64,000 nucleotides of DNA from Octopus sinensis (lineage: Eukaryota), in NCBI RefSeq assembly GCF_006345805.1, contig NC_043016.1, positions 9,300,001 through 9,364,000 of the forward strand. Reading direction: 5' to 3'. Shown here piece by piece: positions 12,395 to 25,272 of this stretch. The number at the start of each line of letters is the position of its first letter. The first letter of the stretch is position 1. The notes beneath the pieces were generated by a model, which ran no database searches, was not told the DNA's origin, and worked only from the letters and a program-made list of their open reading frames with translations. Both the position numbers and the translations under genes were made by a program.

Positions 12395-12640
12395 ATTGAA
12401 TTCCATGTCACATAATTTTTCGCTTCTGTACTTATCCTCTGCCATGAATGTCCCCCTTTCTCTAGTTTCTTTTGTGTTGATCTACGCCATGAGTTCTTAG
12501 GCTTACCTTTTTTTCTATATCCATCTGGATTCCACTGTAAAGCACTTTTCGCTACATTTGGTGTGTCTTTTCTAATTGTGCTAAAGATTCCACTTCCACT
12601 TTTTCTTAAATATTTGCCCCCTAATAGAAACTTGATTTGT
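12395..12640 (-). mobile_element. RTE-type LINE C-terminal fragment in an AIP intron
   Basis: Manual translation RKDTPNVAKSALQWNPDGYRKKGKPKNSWRRS matches the RTE C-terminal motif AL.WNP.G.RK.GRPK.TWRR. Confidence 0.7.
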
Positions 12641-12747
12641 TAGCCCATTGGCAGCAGTTGTATAACAATGAACTAAATGTTTTACTTATTTTATCGAAAG
12701 AGAAGTCCAAACTACATTTTTAGGATTGCCTATCTCTTTTGGCTCTT

Positions 12748-12787
<40 letters not shown>

Positions 12788-13015
12788 GAAGGTTTGAAAA
12801 TGCAATTTTAAAAGATGTTTATTCACTTGACCGGTTTCACTTTTTTAGAAAAGATTGTCATAAGCAACATGTAAAAGCTTTGTACATGTTACTTTTGACA
12901 ATCTTTTTCTAAAAAAGTGAAACCGGTCAAGTGAATAAACATCTTTTAAAATTGCATTTTCAAACCTTCTTTTATATATAATTTCATTCGTGTGGTACCT
13001 TATAACTTCACTTTG

Positions 13016-13057
<42 letters not shown>

Positions 13058-13199
13058 AAGGAAAAGGAAGACAAAACTAAGGTCATTTAGAATATTTAAT
13101 CAGAGTAAGGTGAATTGAAAATGGTTTTGTTTTCCTTTTCCTTTAACATGTACCTGCTGACTTGGAAGCCTTCTACAGATCCCTAACTCCAGCCTCAGC

Positions 13200-13345
13200 T
13201 GTCTATCTATCTATCTACTTGATCATCTGCCTATCTATCTATCTATCTATCCATCCATCCATCCATCCATCCATCCATCTATCTATCCGTCCATCTATCT
13301 ATCTATCTATCTATCTAACCATCTATCTAACCATCCATCTATCTG

Positions 13346-13409
<64 letters not shown>

Positions 13410-13424
13410 ACCATCTATCTAACC

Positions 13425-13504
<80 letters not shown>

Positions 13505-13570
13505 CTCTGTCTATCTATCCATCCATCCATCTATCTATCTGCCTGTCTATCTATCTATTTATCTATCTGT
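13200..13570. repeat. (CTAT)n/(CCAT)n microsatellite in the last AIP intron
   Basis: Read directly. Confidence 0.95.
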
Positions 13571-13791
13571 CTATCTTCTATATGTTTGTATGTGTGTGTT
13601 TGTCTGTCTCTCTGTCTATGTCTCTCTGTCTATCTAACTATCTGTCTGTCTGTGTAGCTACCTGTTTATTTGATCGACTGTCTGTCTGTTTGATTGTCAC
13701 TCTATATCTGTATAACTCGTGTGTGTGTGTCCGTCCGTCCGTCCCCCCTCACATGCATATGAGTTGATTAATGACTTCATATACATTGCAG

Positions 13792-13994
13792 ATAATGTGA
13801 AGGCTCTTTTCCGAAGAGGCAAAGCTCATATTGGATCTTGGAACCCTGAAGCTGCTAAAAGAGATTTAGAACGGGTCATAGAACTTGACAGTAGTTTGAC
13901 CAAGGGAGTTCGTAAAGAACTGAAACATTTGGAACAGTTGCAGAGAGCCAAAGATAATGAAGACCGAGAAAAATTGAGAGGAAAAATATTCTGA
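13792..13994 (+). CDS. AIP: AIP terminal coding exon (last TPR and C-terminal helix)
   Basis: AG at 13790-13791, phase 1. Reads (D)NVKALFRRGKAHIGSWNPEAAKRDLERVIELDSSLTKGVRKELKHLEQLQRAKDNEDREKLRGKIF-stop, matching AIP DNVKAYFKRGKAH...RFRGIF. AATAAA follows at about 14001. Confidence 0.94.
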
Positions 13995-14960
13995 TAATTT
14001 AATAAACTCACTTTATGACTTTAAAGAAAACAAAAAAGAAAAGAAATATTTAAAATTTTTATTTATATTTATTTACACATTTTTATTTAATTTTTTTTCT
14101 TTTAATTATGTTTTTTAATTTTAAATTTTTATTTAATTTTTTTTTCTTTTAATTATGTTTTTTTATTTTTAAATTTTAATTTAATTTTTTTTCTTTTAAT
14201 TATGTTTTTTTTAAATTAAAATTTTTATTTAAAAGAATCTTAAACGATGATGATGATGATGATTGTTTTAATTTCATTCATATAATAGTTGGCAGAAAAA
14301 GAACGGAATCATTTCTGCCATATTCTCTGTTGTTCTGTTATACTTCATGTCTTTCCCCTCTGTTATGCAATCAAAGTTCATACCTTGGAATATGTTTGAA
14401 GGTATTACAGTATGATTTAGAAGACTTAACTGATTCATATCAGCTAAAAACAAACTGAGGTAAAAAAACAAAAAAAAAAAAAACAATCTCCATAATGGTG
14501 ATATGTTTATATTCACTTATCTTTCTATTTTGTATAAATATCAATGTGTAAAGATTATCCCGAAAAATATATATTGCAAATTGTTCAATATTTGTCAATC
14601 ATTTGTTAATTCTTTTATAAATTTACATCATGATTATACAATAAATTGTGTAATTTATTGTGTACAAGTTGTTTTATATTTGTAAATTGTCACAAAACTG
14701 ATCTATAGAGATTTATCTCTGAATTATATATATATATAAAAAAATGTAAAAGAAAGAAAGAAAATTCAGTCTAGTGGTTCTGAACCTTTTATTTACATAT
14801 GGAGCTCTTTAATACCTATTTCACTTGTGTGGACCCTTATAGCCTTTAAAAAAATCCAGTTAAAACTTTTTTTTAATTAAATATTATAAGGAATTGTATA
14901 AAAAAAATATGTTAAAATATATTATGCATTGTAGAAGCTTAAACAATTTAAACAGTTTAA

Positions 14961-15360
14961 ATAGGCATAGGAGTGGCTGTGTGGTAAGTAGCTTGCTTAC
15001 CAACCACATGGTTCTGGGTCCAGTCCCACTGCGTGACACCTTGGGCAAGTGTCTTCTACTATAGCCTCGGGCCGATCAAAGCTTTGTGAGTGGATTTGAT
15101 AGACGGAAACTGAAAGAAGCCCGTCGTATATATGTATATAGATATATGTGTGTGTGTGCATGTTTGTGTGTCTGTGTTTGTCCCCCCAACATTGCTTGAC
15201 AACCGATGCTGGTGTGTTTACGTCCCCGTAACTTACCGGTTCAGCAAAAGAGACCGATAGAATAAGTACTAGGCTTACAAAGAATAAGTCCTGGGGTCGA
15301 TTTGCTCGACTAAAGGTGGTGCTCCAGCATGACCACATTCAAATGACTGAAACAAGTAAA
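14961..15360 (+). mobile_element. SINE family A (tRNA-like head, CORE-like GCACCTTGGGCAAGTG domain, internal TA/TG microsatellite), representative copy
   Basis: Recurs at about 1-345, 6745-7101, 27191-27634, 31478-31930, 57838-58210 (+) and 10970-11376, 25685-25995, 34105-34495, 39125-39545, 42775-43145, 52804-52995 (-). Tail GAAACAAGTAAAAGAGT. The CORE-SINE assignment is from recall. Confidence 0.85.
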
Positions 15361-15746
15361 TGGGTAATTTATTGCTCATAACTTCAACAAAATCTCATGT
15401 GGACCTTGGCTGAGAACCACTGGTTTAGTCAAATTAGAATTCTGCAGTTACCATGGCATTTGTAGTCCTCTCCTAAGCAGGTGAAATCGATGTGATTGAT
15501 GTCTGGGCTGAAACATCTGTGGCTGATGCCAACAGGCAAAAAGAAAAAATATATAGGCACAGGTGTAGATATGTAGTAAGCTTGCTTCCCAACTACATGG
15601 TTCCAGGCTCAGTTCCACTGCATGGCACCTTTGTCAGGTATCTTCTACTCTAGCCTTGTGAGGGCATTTAGTAGATAGAAACTGAACAAAGCCCGCCGAG
15701 GAATATGAATTGCTAATGCTTGTATACTTGAAGCATCCACTCATTA

Positions 15747-15778
<32 letters not shown>

Positions 15779-16304
15779 GGTGGAGGCGCAATGGCCCAGT
15801 GGTTAGGGCAGCTGACTCGCGGTCGTAGGATCACGGTTTCAATTCCCAGACCGGACGTTGTGAGTGTTTATTGAGCGAAAACACCTAAAAGCTCCACGAG
15901 GCTCTGGCAGGGGGTGGTGGCGATCCCTGCTGTACTCTTTCACCACAACTTTCTCTCATTCTTTCTTCTGTTGGCCTGCATCTGTTGGCCTTCTGTTGGC
16001 CTGCATCATTTGAAGGCTAAACAATGCGAAGCGCATTGTGATCAGCGATGTGTAGCAACATCTGATAGCCTGGTTGGTCATGATGATATATATATATATA
16101 TATATACACGCACATACATATATGTGTATAGCTATGTGTATGTGTGTCTTTCTGTCTGTGTTTGTCCCCACCATCACTGCTTTTGTTTTAGAATTGTATT
16201 TGCACATCTTATTTTTGAATTGTCATCTTACAGAATTACTTCAGCTGGGAAAGAACCATGGAGCAACTGGACCGCAATTGGTTGTTTTATTGAATATTCA
16301 TACC

Positions 16305-16972
16305 CCATGGCCATGGCCTATGCCAGGGGCGTAACCAGCCCACTTATGCGTACCTTTTCCTTCTTTGGTCACTAAAACTCTGCTTGCGAAGACCTGTTGA
16401 GGCAAGTGAAATCAAATCAATCAAAATCAAATTTGATGACTGGCGTCTGTGCTGGCAGTGTGCAAAGAGCACCATACGAGCGTGATCATTGACAGAGCAG
16501 CTAACCGGCTTCCATGCCAGTGGCACTTAAAGGCCATTTGAGCGTGATCGTTACCAGCGTCGCCTTACTGGCACTTGTGCCCTGTGCTAGTAATGTGCCA
16601 AGAGCACCATCCGAGTGTGATCGTTGCCAGAGCAGCCAACTGGCTTCCATGCCAGTGGCACGTAAAAGGGCACCATTTGAGTGTGATCGTTACCAATGTC
16701 GCCTTACTGGCACCCGTGCTGGTAGCACGTGTAAAAAGATTTGAGCAAGGTCGTTGCCAGTACTGCCTGACTGGCTCCCATGCCGGTGGCATATAAAAAG
16801 CACCCACTACACTCTCGAAGTGGTTGGCGTTAGGAAGGGCATCAAGCTGTAGAAACTCTGCCAAATCAAGATTGGAGCCTGGTGCAGCCATCTGGTTCAC
16901 CAGCCCTCAGTTAAAATCGTCCAACCCACGCTAGCATGGAAAGCAGACGTTAAACAATGATGATGATGATGA
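16305..16972 (+). mobile_element. RTE LINE 3' UTR (family C)
   Basis: Matches 865-1540 and 18425-19061, with (GAT)n tail. Confidence 0.85.
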
Positions 16973-17734
16973 GATTTGCTAGATCAACACTGCTATAAAG
17001 TTATTGAACAGTTTCAGTTTATTGATGTATATGTTTTAACCCTCTAACATTCAGCTATAATCTATCAAACACTATGCTTATTTATTCACATTGTTTTGAA
17101 TTGATCATGCATTGTCTCATAGCTTTTAAGATTTTGATGACATGATTGTGTTATTCTGAGAATGACATTATAGGGTAGGTGTGAAAGGTCAGGACCTAGT
17201 TGGTTTGAATATAAAACAGGTAGACTATTTCAATTAGATATGGCCAGATTAAATGCTTGTAATTATTTCTTCTGACCATTGTGTGTTTTGGCAAAGTGTA
17301 CTGTTCTTTAATTTAAAATTCAGTTTCATCGTTTGTGGAATTGCGAAAACAGTCAATTAATTATTCATTAATGAATTTAACTGGTTTTTAGGAATTTTAT
17401 TTTTATATCTAAAAAAACTTCAAATTTATATTTTTAAAAAAAAATTTACTCTGTATAATTTACTCTATATCAGAGCAAATAAAGTAAAGATATACCATAT
17501 TTGACAGATTTTTGCAGAATACTAATTTTCTATTTTTTTTCTTTCAAAATTCTCTCAGGAGATTTGTTTGCATCTTATAATCAGAAAACCAAGGTTTGAG
17601 TTAGTAACAAGTGGTATTTTAGGTGTGGCACCATTCCATAAAATAAACTGCTAATAGTTTCTATATTCAAGAGATGAGGAATTATTTACATTATTTACAT
17701 TTGTTGGATATTTGTCCTCATCTTGTTTGTTGTT

Positions 17735-17780
17735 AACACAACGTTTCGGCTGATATACCCTCCAGCCTTCATCAGGTGTC
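17735..17780 (-). ncRNA. Minimal type I hammerhead ribozyme, canonical core
   Basis: Minus strand GACAC-CTGATGA-A-GGCTG(GAGGGTATAT)CAGCC-GAA-ACGT-T-GTGTT. Confidence 0.85.
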
Positions 17781-18033
17781 TTGGAGAAATTTTGAACCTG
17801 GGTTCTCATTCCTAAGGTATTTTTCAATGTTGTTGTTGTTATTATTATTATTATTATTCAGGTCACTGCCTGGAATCGAACTCGGAATCTTGGGGTTAAG
17901 AGCGCAGGCTACTAACTCCAAGATTCCGAGTTCGATTCTAAGCAGTGACCTGAACAATAACAATAATAATAATAATAATAATAACATCGAAAAATAGCTT
18001 AGGAATGAGAAACCAGGTTTGAAATTTCCCCAA

Positions 18034-18079
18034 GACACCTGATGAAGGCTGGAGGGTATATCAGCTGAAATGTTGTGTT
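18034..18079 (+). ncRNA. Hammerhead ribozyme, variant arm (CAGCT, GAAAT)
   Basis: GACAC-CTGATGA-A-GGCTG(GAGGGTATAT)CAGCT-GAA-ATGT-T-GTGTT. Two C>T changes turn G-C pairs into G-U wobbles. Confidence 0.75.
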
Positions 18080-18424
18080 AACAACAAACAAGATGAGGAC
18101 AAATATCCATCAAATGTAAATAATGCTAATAGTTTCTTGGAGTTATTTGTATTATTCAAGATAACAATGCATATCAGTGGTACTTCATAATAAACAACAC
18201 CAGTCAAGAAGAAAATTAAGGTATAATGCTTTACCATATGCATAATGTTGGGCTCTGCATCCAATCTGCTTACATTTCTCCACATTCCATCTTCCTGACA
18301 CTCATTCCTCAACTACACTTCTAACTATGGCACTACTCGGCTGCTGTATTCATTTGGAATCAGAACCAGCACATTTTGCACTACCAGTTGTCTCTTCTTC
18401 TTCCTTTTAAACTCCATCCATAAC

Positions 18425-19061
18425 CTCATGGCCTGTGCCAGGGGCGTAACCAGCCCACTTGTGCATACCTTTTCTTCTTTGGACACTAAACTCTGCTTGC
18501 GAAGACCTGTTGAGGCAAGTGTAATCGAAATCAAAGTCAATGTGAAATTCAATGATGGGCACGAGCACCATACGAGCGTGATCGTTGACAGAGCAGCTAA
18601 CCGGCTGCCGTGCCAGTGGCACATAAAAGGCACCATTTGAGTGTGATTGTTGCCAGCTTCACCTTACTGGCACTTGTGCCCTGTGCTACTAATGTGCTAA
18701 GAGCACCATCCGAGCGTGATCATTGCCATGTAAGAGGCATGTGGCATGTAAGAGGCACCATTCGAGCGGGATCGTTAGCAGCATTGCCTTACTGGCACCT
18801 GTGCCGTTGGCATGCGTAAAAAGATTCGAGCGAGGTTGTTGCCAGTACCACCTGACTGGCCCCTGTGCCAGTGGCATGTAAAAGCACCCACTACACTCTC
18901 GGAGTGGTTGGCGTTAGGAAGGGCATCCAGCTGTAGAAACTCTGCCAGATCAAGACTGAAGCCTGGTGCAGCCATCTGGTTCGCCAGCCCTCAGTCAAAA
19001 TCGTCCAACCCATGCAAGCATGGAAAGCGGACGTTAAACGATAATGATGATGATGATGATC
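18425..19061 (+). mobile_element. RTE LINE 3' UTR (family C)
   Basis: Matches 16305-16972, with (GAT)n tail. Confidence 0.85.
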
Positions 19062-20239
19062 CCTGTCCATACTAAGGATGATAATAATTAACCACTTCCC
19101 TGTGCCTTCAAGCATCTTGCCTTCTTCTCTGAGTTGCATCTTCAGTTCACTATGTCTTATCTTTGACACCTCTCATATCTGCTGTCATTCTCAACACCTT
19201 TCCATATCCACCATCAATACCTTCACCATCTAATGTTACCCCACTCATTGGAGCTGTAATCATGTGCCCCTAACCTCCATCTCTGCCACTGTTCATCACC
19301 TCTTTCCCTGTCACTCTTACACCCTTTACATCATCTACTTACACCTCCAAGCTTCCCCCCTCTGTGCTAATATTTACCAACAACCACACCTTCATCCTCT
19401 TTTGTCTCTCACTTCATCCGCCTCTAACCACATCTCAACCCATCTCCCACACTTTTATGAAATTAAACACCCTTTCCTTCCCTCCTGATCCACTGTCTGT
19501 AATCTCCCTTTTACTCACCTTGTACATTGAAAGTACACTGTTGCACCTATTCACTGCCATATTTATCTCCCTTTCAGCTACTCTCACCGACCCTCATATA
19601 ATACAGAGTAGCCATGTATCTCCTCTCCTCTCTGGCAGGCACCCTCTGCTTGTCCTATCATACTTTAGCCTTCAGCATCTCCCTGCCTCTCTCAAATAAA
19701 CACTCACTCAAGAGGGCTTTTTTCTTTTGCCTTTATTTACTTTGTCTTACAAGTTATTTGGTCACCTCGCTAGTGTTGATGTCATGAAGAAAAGGCACCC
19801 AGTAGATATTGTAAAGGTTGACACGAGGAAGAACATCCAGCTATAGGAACTATGCCAAAGCTGACATTGGGGCCCAATGGAACTCCGCAGTTTGTCACAT
19901 CTTGTGAAACCCCTGCCAACATGGAAAACAAATCATCATCATCATCAGCATCGTCGTTTAACGTCCGCTTTCCTTGCTAGCATGGGTTGGACGGTTTGAC
20001 TGTGGGCTGGCAAACCAGATGGCTGCACCAGGCTCCAGTCTTGATCTGGCAGAGTTTCTACAGCTGGATGCCCTTCCTAACGCCAACCACTCCGAGAGTG
20101 TAGTGGGTGCTTTTACGTGCCACCGGCACAGGGGCCAGTCAGGCGGTACTGGCAATGACCGCGCTCGAATATTTTTACACATGCCAACGGCACAGGTGCC
20201 AGTAAGGCGATGCTAGTTAAATAATGTTAAATGATGTTA

Positions 20240-20271
<32 letters not shown>

Positions 20272-20274
20272 GTG

Positions 20275-20680
20275 GGGGAGTATCATAGTTGTGGGGGAGC
20301 ATCATAGCCATGTGCTGAGAGGGATTCTTTATGGTTTGGGTAATTCACCTTTGGAAACGTGGGTGTTTCATTCAACATCCTTAAACAACCCTTATTCAGG
20401 GACCTTTTCAGTGGGATGGGCTACTTGACCAGAAGAAAATTCTAACTGGGGCCCACCTGCAAGGTCATGTTCTGTTTATTTTGATATGAGATCACCATGT
20501 CGCGCACATATGGTTGTGATGCATGTGCCTGGTGTACCCTTATCAGACGGGTAGTCATGATGGGTCTACTGGGCTTCGTATATTTTACCCCAGTGTCACT
20601 TTGATGGCATGCACTGCTCTCTCACTCTATAATAATAATAATAACAACACCAACAATAATTATAATAATAATAATAATCC
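20275..20680 (+). mobile_element. Probable retroposon 3' end with (AAT)n tail
   Basis: GC-richer block bounded by (AAT)n on both sides. Family not identified. Confidence 0.4.
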
Positions 20681-20984
20681 TTTCTACTGTAGGCACAGGG
20701 ATTGGAATTGGGGGGGGGGGATAGTCAATTACATCGATCTCCAGTATTCAATCACTACTTATTTCATAGACCCTGAAAAGACAAAAGGCAAAGTTGACCC
20801 CCACTGGAATTTAAACTCAGAACATGAAGATGGACAGAATACCACTTAGCATTTCTGCCGGCTTGCCACCTTCCAATAATGATAATAATAATAGTAGTGA
20901 GAATGACGATGGAGTAGTAGTAGTAGTTGTTGCTGTTGTTGAGAGACCCCCTTTGGTTATGACTGACCATGGGATTGCACCTAG

Positions 20985-21288
20985 AAAGTTACCCTCCAAG
21001 GCACAAGTCCAGGCAAGTTTGTTTATGGAAGACCAGCGGTCGTCCATGCATACCAGCCTCCCCTCTCCACACCACTGACGTTATCCAAGGGAAAGGCAAA
21101 GGGGCCGACAGAGCTTGGCACCAGTGATGTCGCAACTCATTTCTACAGCTGAGTGAACTGGAGCAACGTGAAATAAAGTGTCTTGCTCAAGAACAAAACA
21201 CGCTGCCCGGTCCGAGATTCGAGCTCACAACCTCACGATTGTAAGCTCTACATTCTAACCCCTGAGCCATGCACCTTCACAGTAGTAG
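20985..21288 (-). mobile_element. SINE family F (tRNA-like head, CTTGAGCAAGACAC domain)
   Basis: Minus-strand head TGGCTCAGGGGTTAG...GAGCTCGAATCTC. Second degenerate copy at about 54530-54770 (+). Confidence 0.7.
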
Positions 21289-22039
21289 TAGTGGTGGTGG
21301 TGGTGGTAGTAGTAAACGAGCCAACAGTTAGTTTGAAATCATTGATCATCAAGGTAAGAATTTTGTTATAAAGCTTTATTTGTTTAATTTATTGAAACAA
21401 ACAGCATTTTTTTTCTTGAACAGAGGTGATTTCAACAATCTAACTTTTAATACAATATTTGTTTTAATTGAAAAGCACGAACAACCTATCTGCTTGTTGG
21501 ACAGTCACTGAAATCTTTGAATCACAGAAAAGACGTAATACATAATAATAGCTTATAAGTCTCAAAAAGGAAGTAGTTACACACCCGGTGGTGGTAGTGC
21601 CGCTGGGCAGTTTGCATCACCTCCAACAGATAAAAGAATATGTGAATGACAAAAGCAAAAAGAACAACTTTAGTAACCAATGAATCCAAGTTGTCTTTAC
21701 CAAAAAAAAAAAAAAATATTTATTGGAATTGATGTTTTGTGGTTATGGCAAAAAAAAAATTATGATCACTGCTTACAAACTCAACATGACATAGCACCAT
21801 GCAACAGCTGTTCTTGGTGGAATTTTCCATTCAAGGTGTGCCATGTCAGCATTCAAAAATTTTTCAGATTTGGGAATTTTGTGTACAGGATTTTTAGCTG
21901 TAGTAGTGATTCATAAAATAATTTTTGAAACTAAAAGTAAGAGCAGCTTCAAAAGTGAATGGTAAATTTTCTGGTACTAATGACCAGTCTCACAGATATG
22001 TGGCCTAGAATAAAATTTGCATAAAAATGCCCATGCAGT

Positions 22040-22616
22040 CATCATCATCATCATCATCATCGTTTAACGTCCATTTTCCATGCTAGCATGGGTTGGACGG
22101 TTCAACCGGGGTCTGGGAAGCCAGGAGGCTGCACCAGGCTCCAGTCTGATCTGCCAGAGTTTCTATAGCTGGATGCCCTTCCTAACACCAACTACTCTGT
22201 GAGTGTAGCGGGTGCTTTTTATGTGACACTGGCACAGGTGCCAGTGGAGGCTGGCAGCAGCCACAATCGGTTGGTGCTTTTTACATGCCACCGGCACGGA
22301 AGCCAGTCAAGGCGGCGCTGGCATTGGCCACATTCGGATGGTGTTTTTTACGTGCCACCGGCACAGGTATCATAACTACAATTTCCATTTGATATTTATT
22401 TTGATGTTGATGTACTTGACTCAACAGGTCTCCTCAAGCACAGCAGATCACCCTACAATCCAAGGTAAGCACAGCAGGTCGTTCTGTAATCCAAGGTACT
22501 TTGGATGGGTTGGGGCTATGCGAAACTGGTGCAAGAAGCAGCCATGAACTCACATTATTTGTCGGGTCTTTGCAGTCACAGCATATCTCCAGAGATCTCG
22601 GTCTTTCGTCATTGTG
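22040..22616 (-). mobile_element. RTE LINE 3' end (family C)
   Basis: Contains MTKDRDLWRYAVTAKTRQ, the 3' UTR and a (GAT)n tail. Confidence 0.85.
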
Positions 22617-23002
22617 TCAAAAGAAAATTTGTAAGTTTCACAGATATAAAATATCAGAAAGGAAAACAATACCAAAATGGGAGAGAAAGCATTCAAAGAT
22701 AAGGCACCACTGATGTTTGATGTAATTTCTAATAAGACACTTAATTCTTGGGGTTTTAAGACAGTGACCATTAATTAAAGCTTTTAATTATGAGTAAATT
22801 CATTGTACAACTGTATGGTCTTGCATTTATGGTACCAAATTACTATCTTATACTTGTTTCACTGATTGAACTGTGGTCATGCTGGGGCATTGCCTTGAAG
22901 AGTTTAGTTGAAAAAATCAACCCCGGTATTTAATGTCTCTTTTTTGGTCACTTTTTGCCAAACAGCTAAGTTATGAGGACATAAACAAACCATACCAGTG
23001 CA

Positions 23003-25272
23003 GTCATCTCTCTTGCACACCACAACTGATGCTTCTTAGGTCCAACTTTTCTCTCAAGGTACTTACACTCTGTCGAGTATGAACACTGACATTACACATC
23101 CATTGGAGCATACTGGCTTCATTCCTTGCGAGCTTACACATGTCCTTAGCAGTCACGGCCCATGTTTCACTGCCATGTAGCATGGCTGTTCGTAGACATG
23201 CGTCATACAGTCTGCCTTTTACTCTGAGCGAAAGGCCCTTTGTCACCAGCAGAGGTAAGAGCTCTCTGAACTTTGCCCAGGCTACTCTTATTCTAGCAGT
23301 TACACTTTCAGCACACCTGCCCCCACTACTGACTTGGTCACCTAGGTAATAGAAGCTATCAACTTCTTCTAGTTTTTCTCCCTGGAATGTGGTGGAAGTT
23401 GTTCTCTGCACATTTTCAGTGTTTATTGTTCCTGAGCATCTGCCACATACAAAAACTAACTTCCTTGTTAGCCTTCCTTTGATATTGCTGCACCTCTTGT
23501 TTACCCATAGCTTACACTGGGTACATCTTATAGAGTTTCTACCTACGCCTTTTCTACAGATCGAGCAGGGCCATCTACCAGAAGGGGTTTGTGGTTTGTC
23601 TACCTTCCTACTTATTAGGACTTTGGTTTTAGCTAGGTTGATTCTAAGGCCCTTCGATTCTAATCCTTGCTTCCACACCTGAAACTTCTCCTTTAGTTCT
23701 GATAGTGACTCAGCAATTAGAGCAAGGTCATCAGCATAGAGGAGCTCTCAGTGGCATCCTGTCTTGAATTCTTCAGTTATTGCCTGGAGGACTATGATAA
23801 ATAGGAGGGGGCTGAGGACTGAACCTTGGTGGACCCCTACCTCTACCCTGAATTCTTCTGTGCAGTCATTGCCAAACCTCACCTTAATGACAGCGTCCCT
23901 GTACATGGCTTGCACAGTTCTCACTAACCATTCATCTATCCCTAGTTTCCTCATTGACCACCAGATGAGGGATCGGGGAACCCTGTCAAAGGCTTTCTCC
24001 ATGGCGACGAAAGCCAGGTACAGAGGTTTATCTTTGGCTAGGTATTTCTCCTGCAGCTGTCTTACCAGAAATATAGCCTCAGTGGTTCTTTTCCCTGGCA
24101 CGAAACCAAACTGCATCTCATCTAAACTGACTCTCTCTTTAATTTGTTGGGCTATGACCCTCTCCTAGACCTTCATTATTTGATCCAACAGCTTGATACC
24201 TCTGTAATCATTGTATCTAAAGCATCACCATTACCTTTGTAACAGTTGACTATAGTGATGCTACACCAGTCATTGGGTATGACTCCATGTATCACTTGGT
24301 TAACTATACGGATGACTAGGCTATAGCCAACACTACCAGATATTTTGAGCATCTCTGCAGTAATTCCTGATGGGCCAAGGGCTTTCCCTGCCTTCATACT
24401 CTTGATTGCTTTATCTACCAAGGTACTGTCAATTCAGATAGCTGGTCCCTCTGTTGGGTCGACATTTGGCAGACTCTTTTTCTCCCATCCATTCTCTTTA
24501 TTGAGCAACCTTTCATAGTGGCATCTCCAAACCTCTCTCTTTGCAGCCTCGTTTAGTGCAAGTGAACCATCACTCATATGGACACATTTCTCTCTTACAA
24601 CATCACGATTCTCACTCACACACTGTCTTGCAACACGAAATACTTCAAGTCTTTGGTCCTCACAGTGCAGAACATTGGCAAATTTTTTCTTATCTTCTTC
24701 CCCTCTGGCTAAATAAACTTTTCTCCTAGCTTCCCTTTTGGCAGTCAAATACAATTCCCTGCTACCTCCGTTCTTCCAGTCCTTCCAAACCTGTTTTTTT
24801 TTGTCTAATAGCCCTGTCAACCACATTGCTCCACTACCACGTTACCTTGGGTTGAGATGGGACTTTGCGCCATCCACAGATCTGGTCAGTGGCTCTCAGC
24901 AGGTTGTCCTGTAGAAACCTCCAGTTGTCTTCCACATTATGTGATGCTATATCCCCTTCTATTTCATTGAAGGCTTCGAGTAATACGTCTCTAAATCTCT
25001 GTTCATTTGCAGGATCTTTAAGCTTCCAGACCCTTCTCCTCCAAGTTGGTCTTCTTCTGGGCATCCATTTAGCCCTGATCCTGAAGTTGCTAACTACTAA
25101 TCTATGTTGAGGAGTACATTCTTCGCCTGGGAAGGTTTTGGCATTTATAAGCAGCCCTCTTTACCTTTTTCTGGTGAGGATGTAGTCACTTTGGCTAGTG
25201 TGTCTGCCAGACGGTAGGTGACTAGGTGACAGGCAGGTTTCCTGAAGTTGGTATTGCAAACCATAAGATCAC
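23003..25272 (-). mobile_element. Degenerate RTE-clade LINE (APE C-terminus, linker, reverse transcriptase)
   Basis: Broken ORFs with QFGFVPGKRTTEAIFLVRQLQEKY, KAFDRVPR, GVHQGSVLSPLLF, LYADDL (about 23722-23739) and LHGSETWAV. APE end motif PGEECTPQHRLVV near 25100-25140. Confidence 0.93.

Larger units (their letters stand above)
17663..18123. mobile_element. Inverted dimer of a tRNA-headed, hammerhead-containing retroposon (copy 1)
   Basis: Two inverted arms around fused tRNA-like heads (about 17857-17954) and (TTA)n/(AAT)n tracts. Direct repeat TGCTAATAGTTTCT flanks it at 17649-17662 and 18124-18137. Confidence 0.85.

Noticed and set aside
14085-14230. T-rich repeat (three copies) in the AIP 3' UTR
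   Set aside because: Low-complexity slippage duplication with no evidence of function.
17772-18038. Antiparallel ORFs with poly-Leu/poly-Asn, also at 57040-57494
   Set aside because: By-products of the (AAT)n tracts within the inverted ribozyme-SINE dimer.
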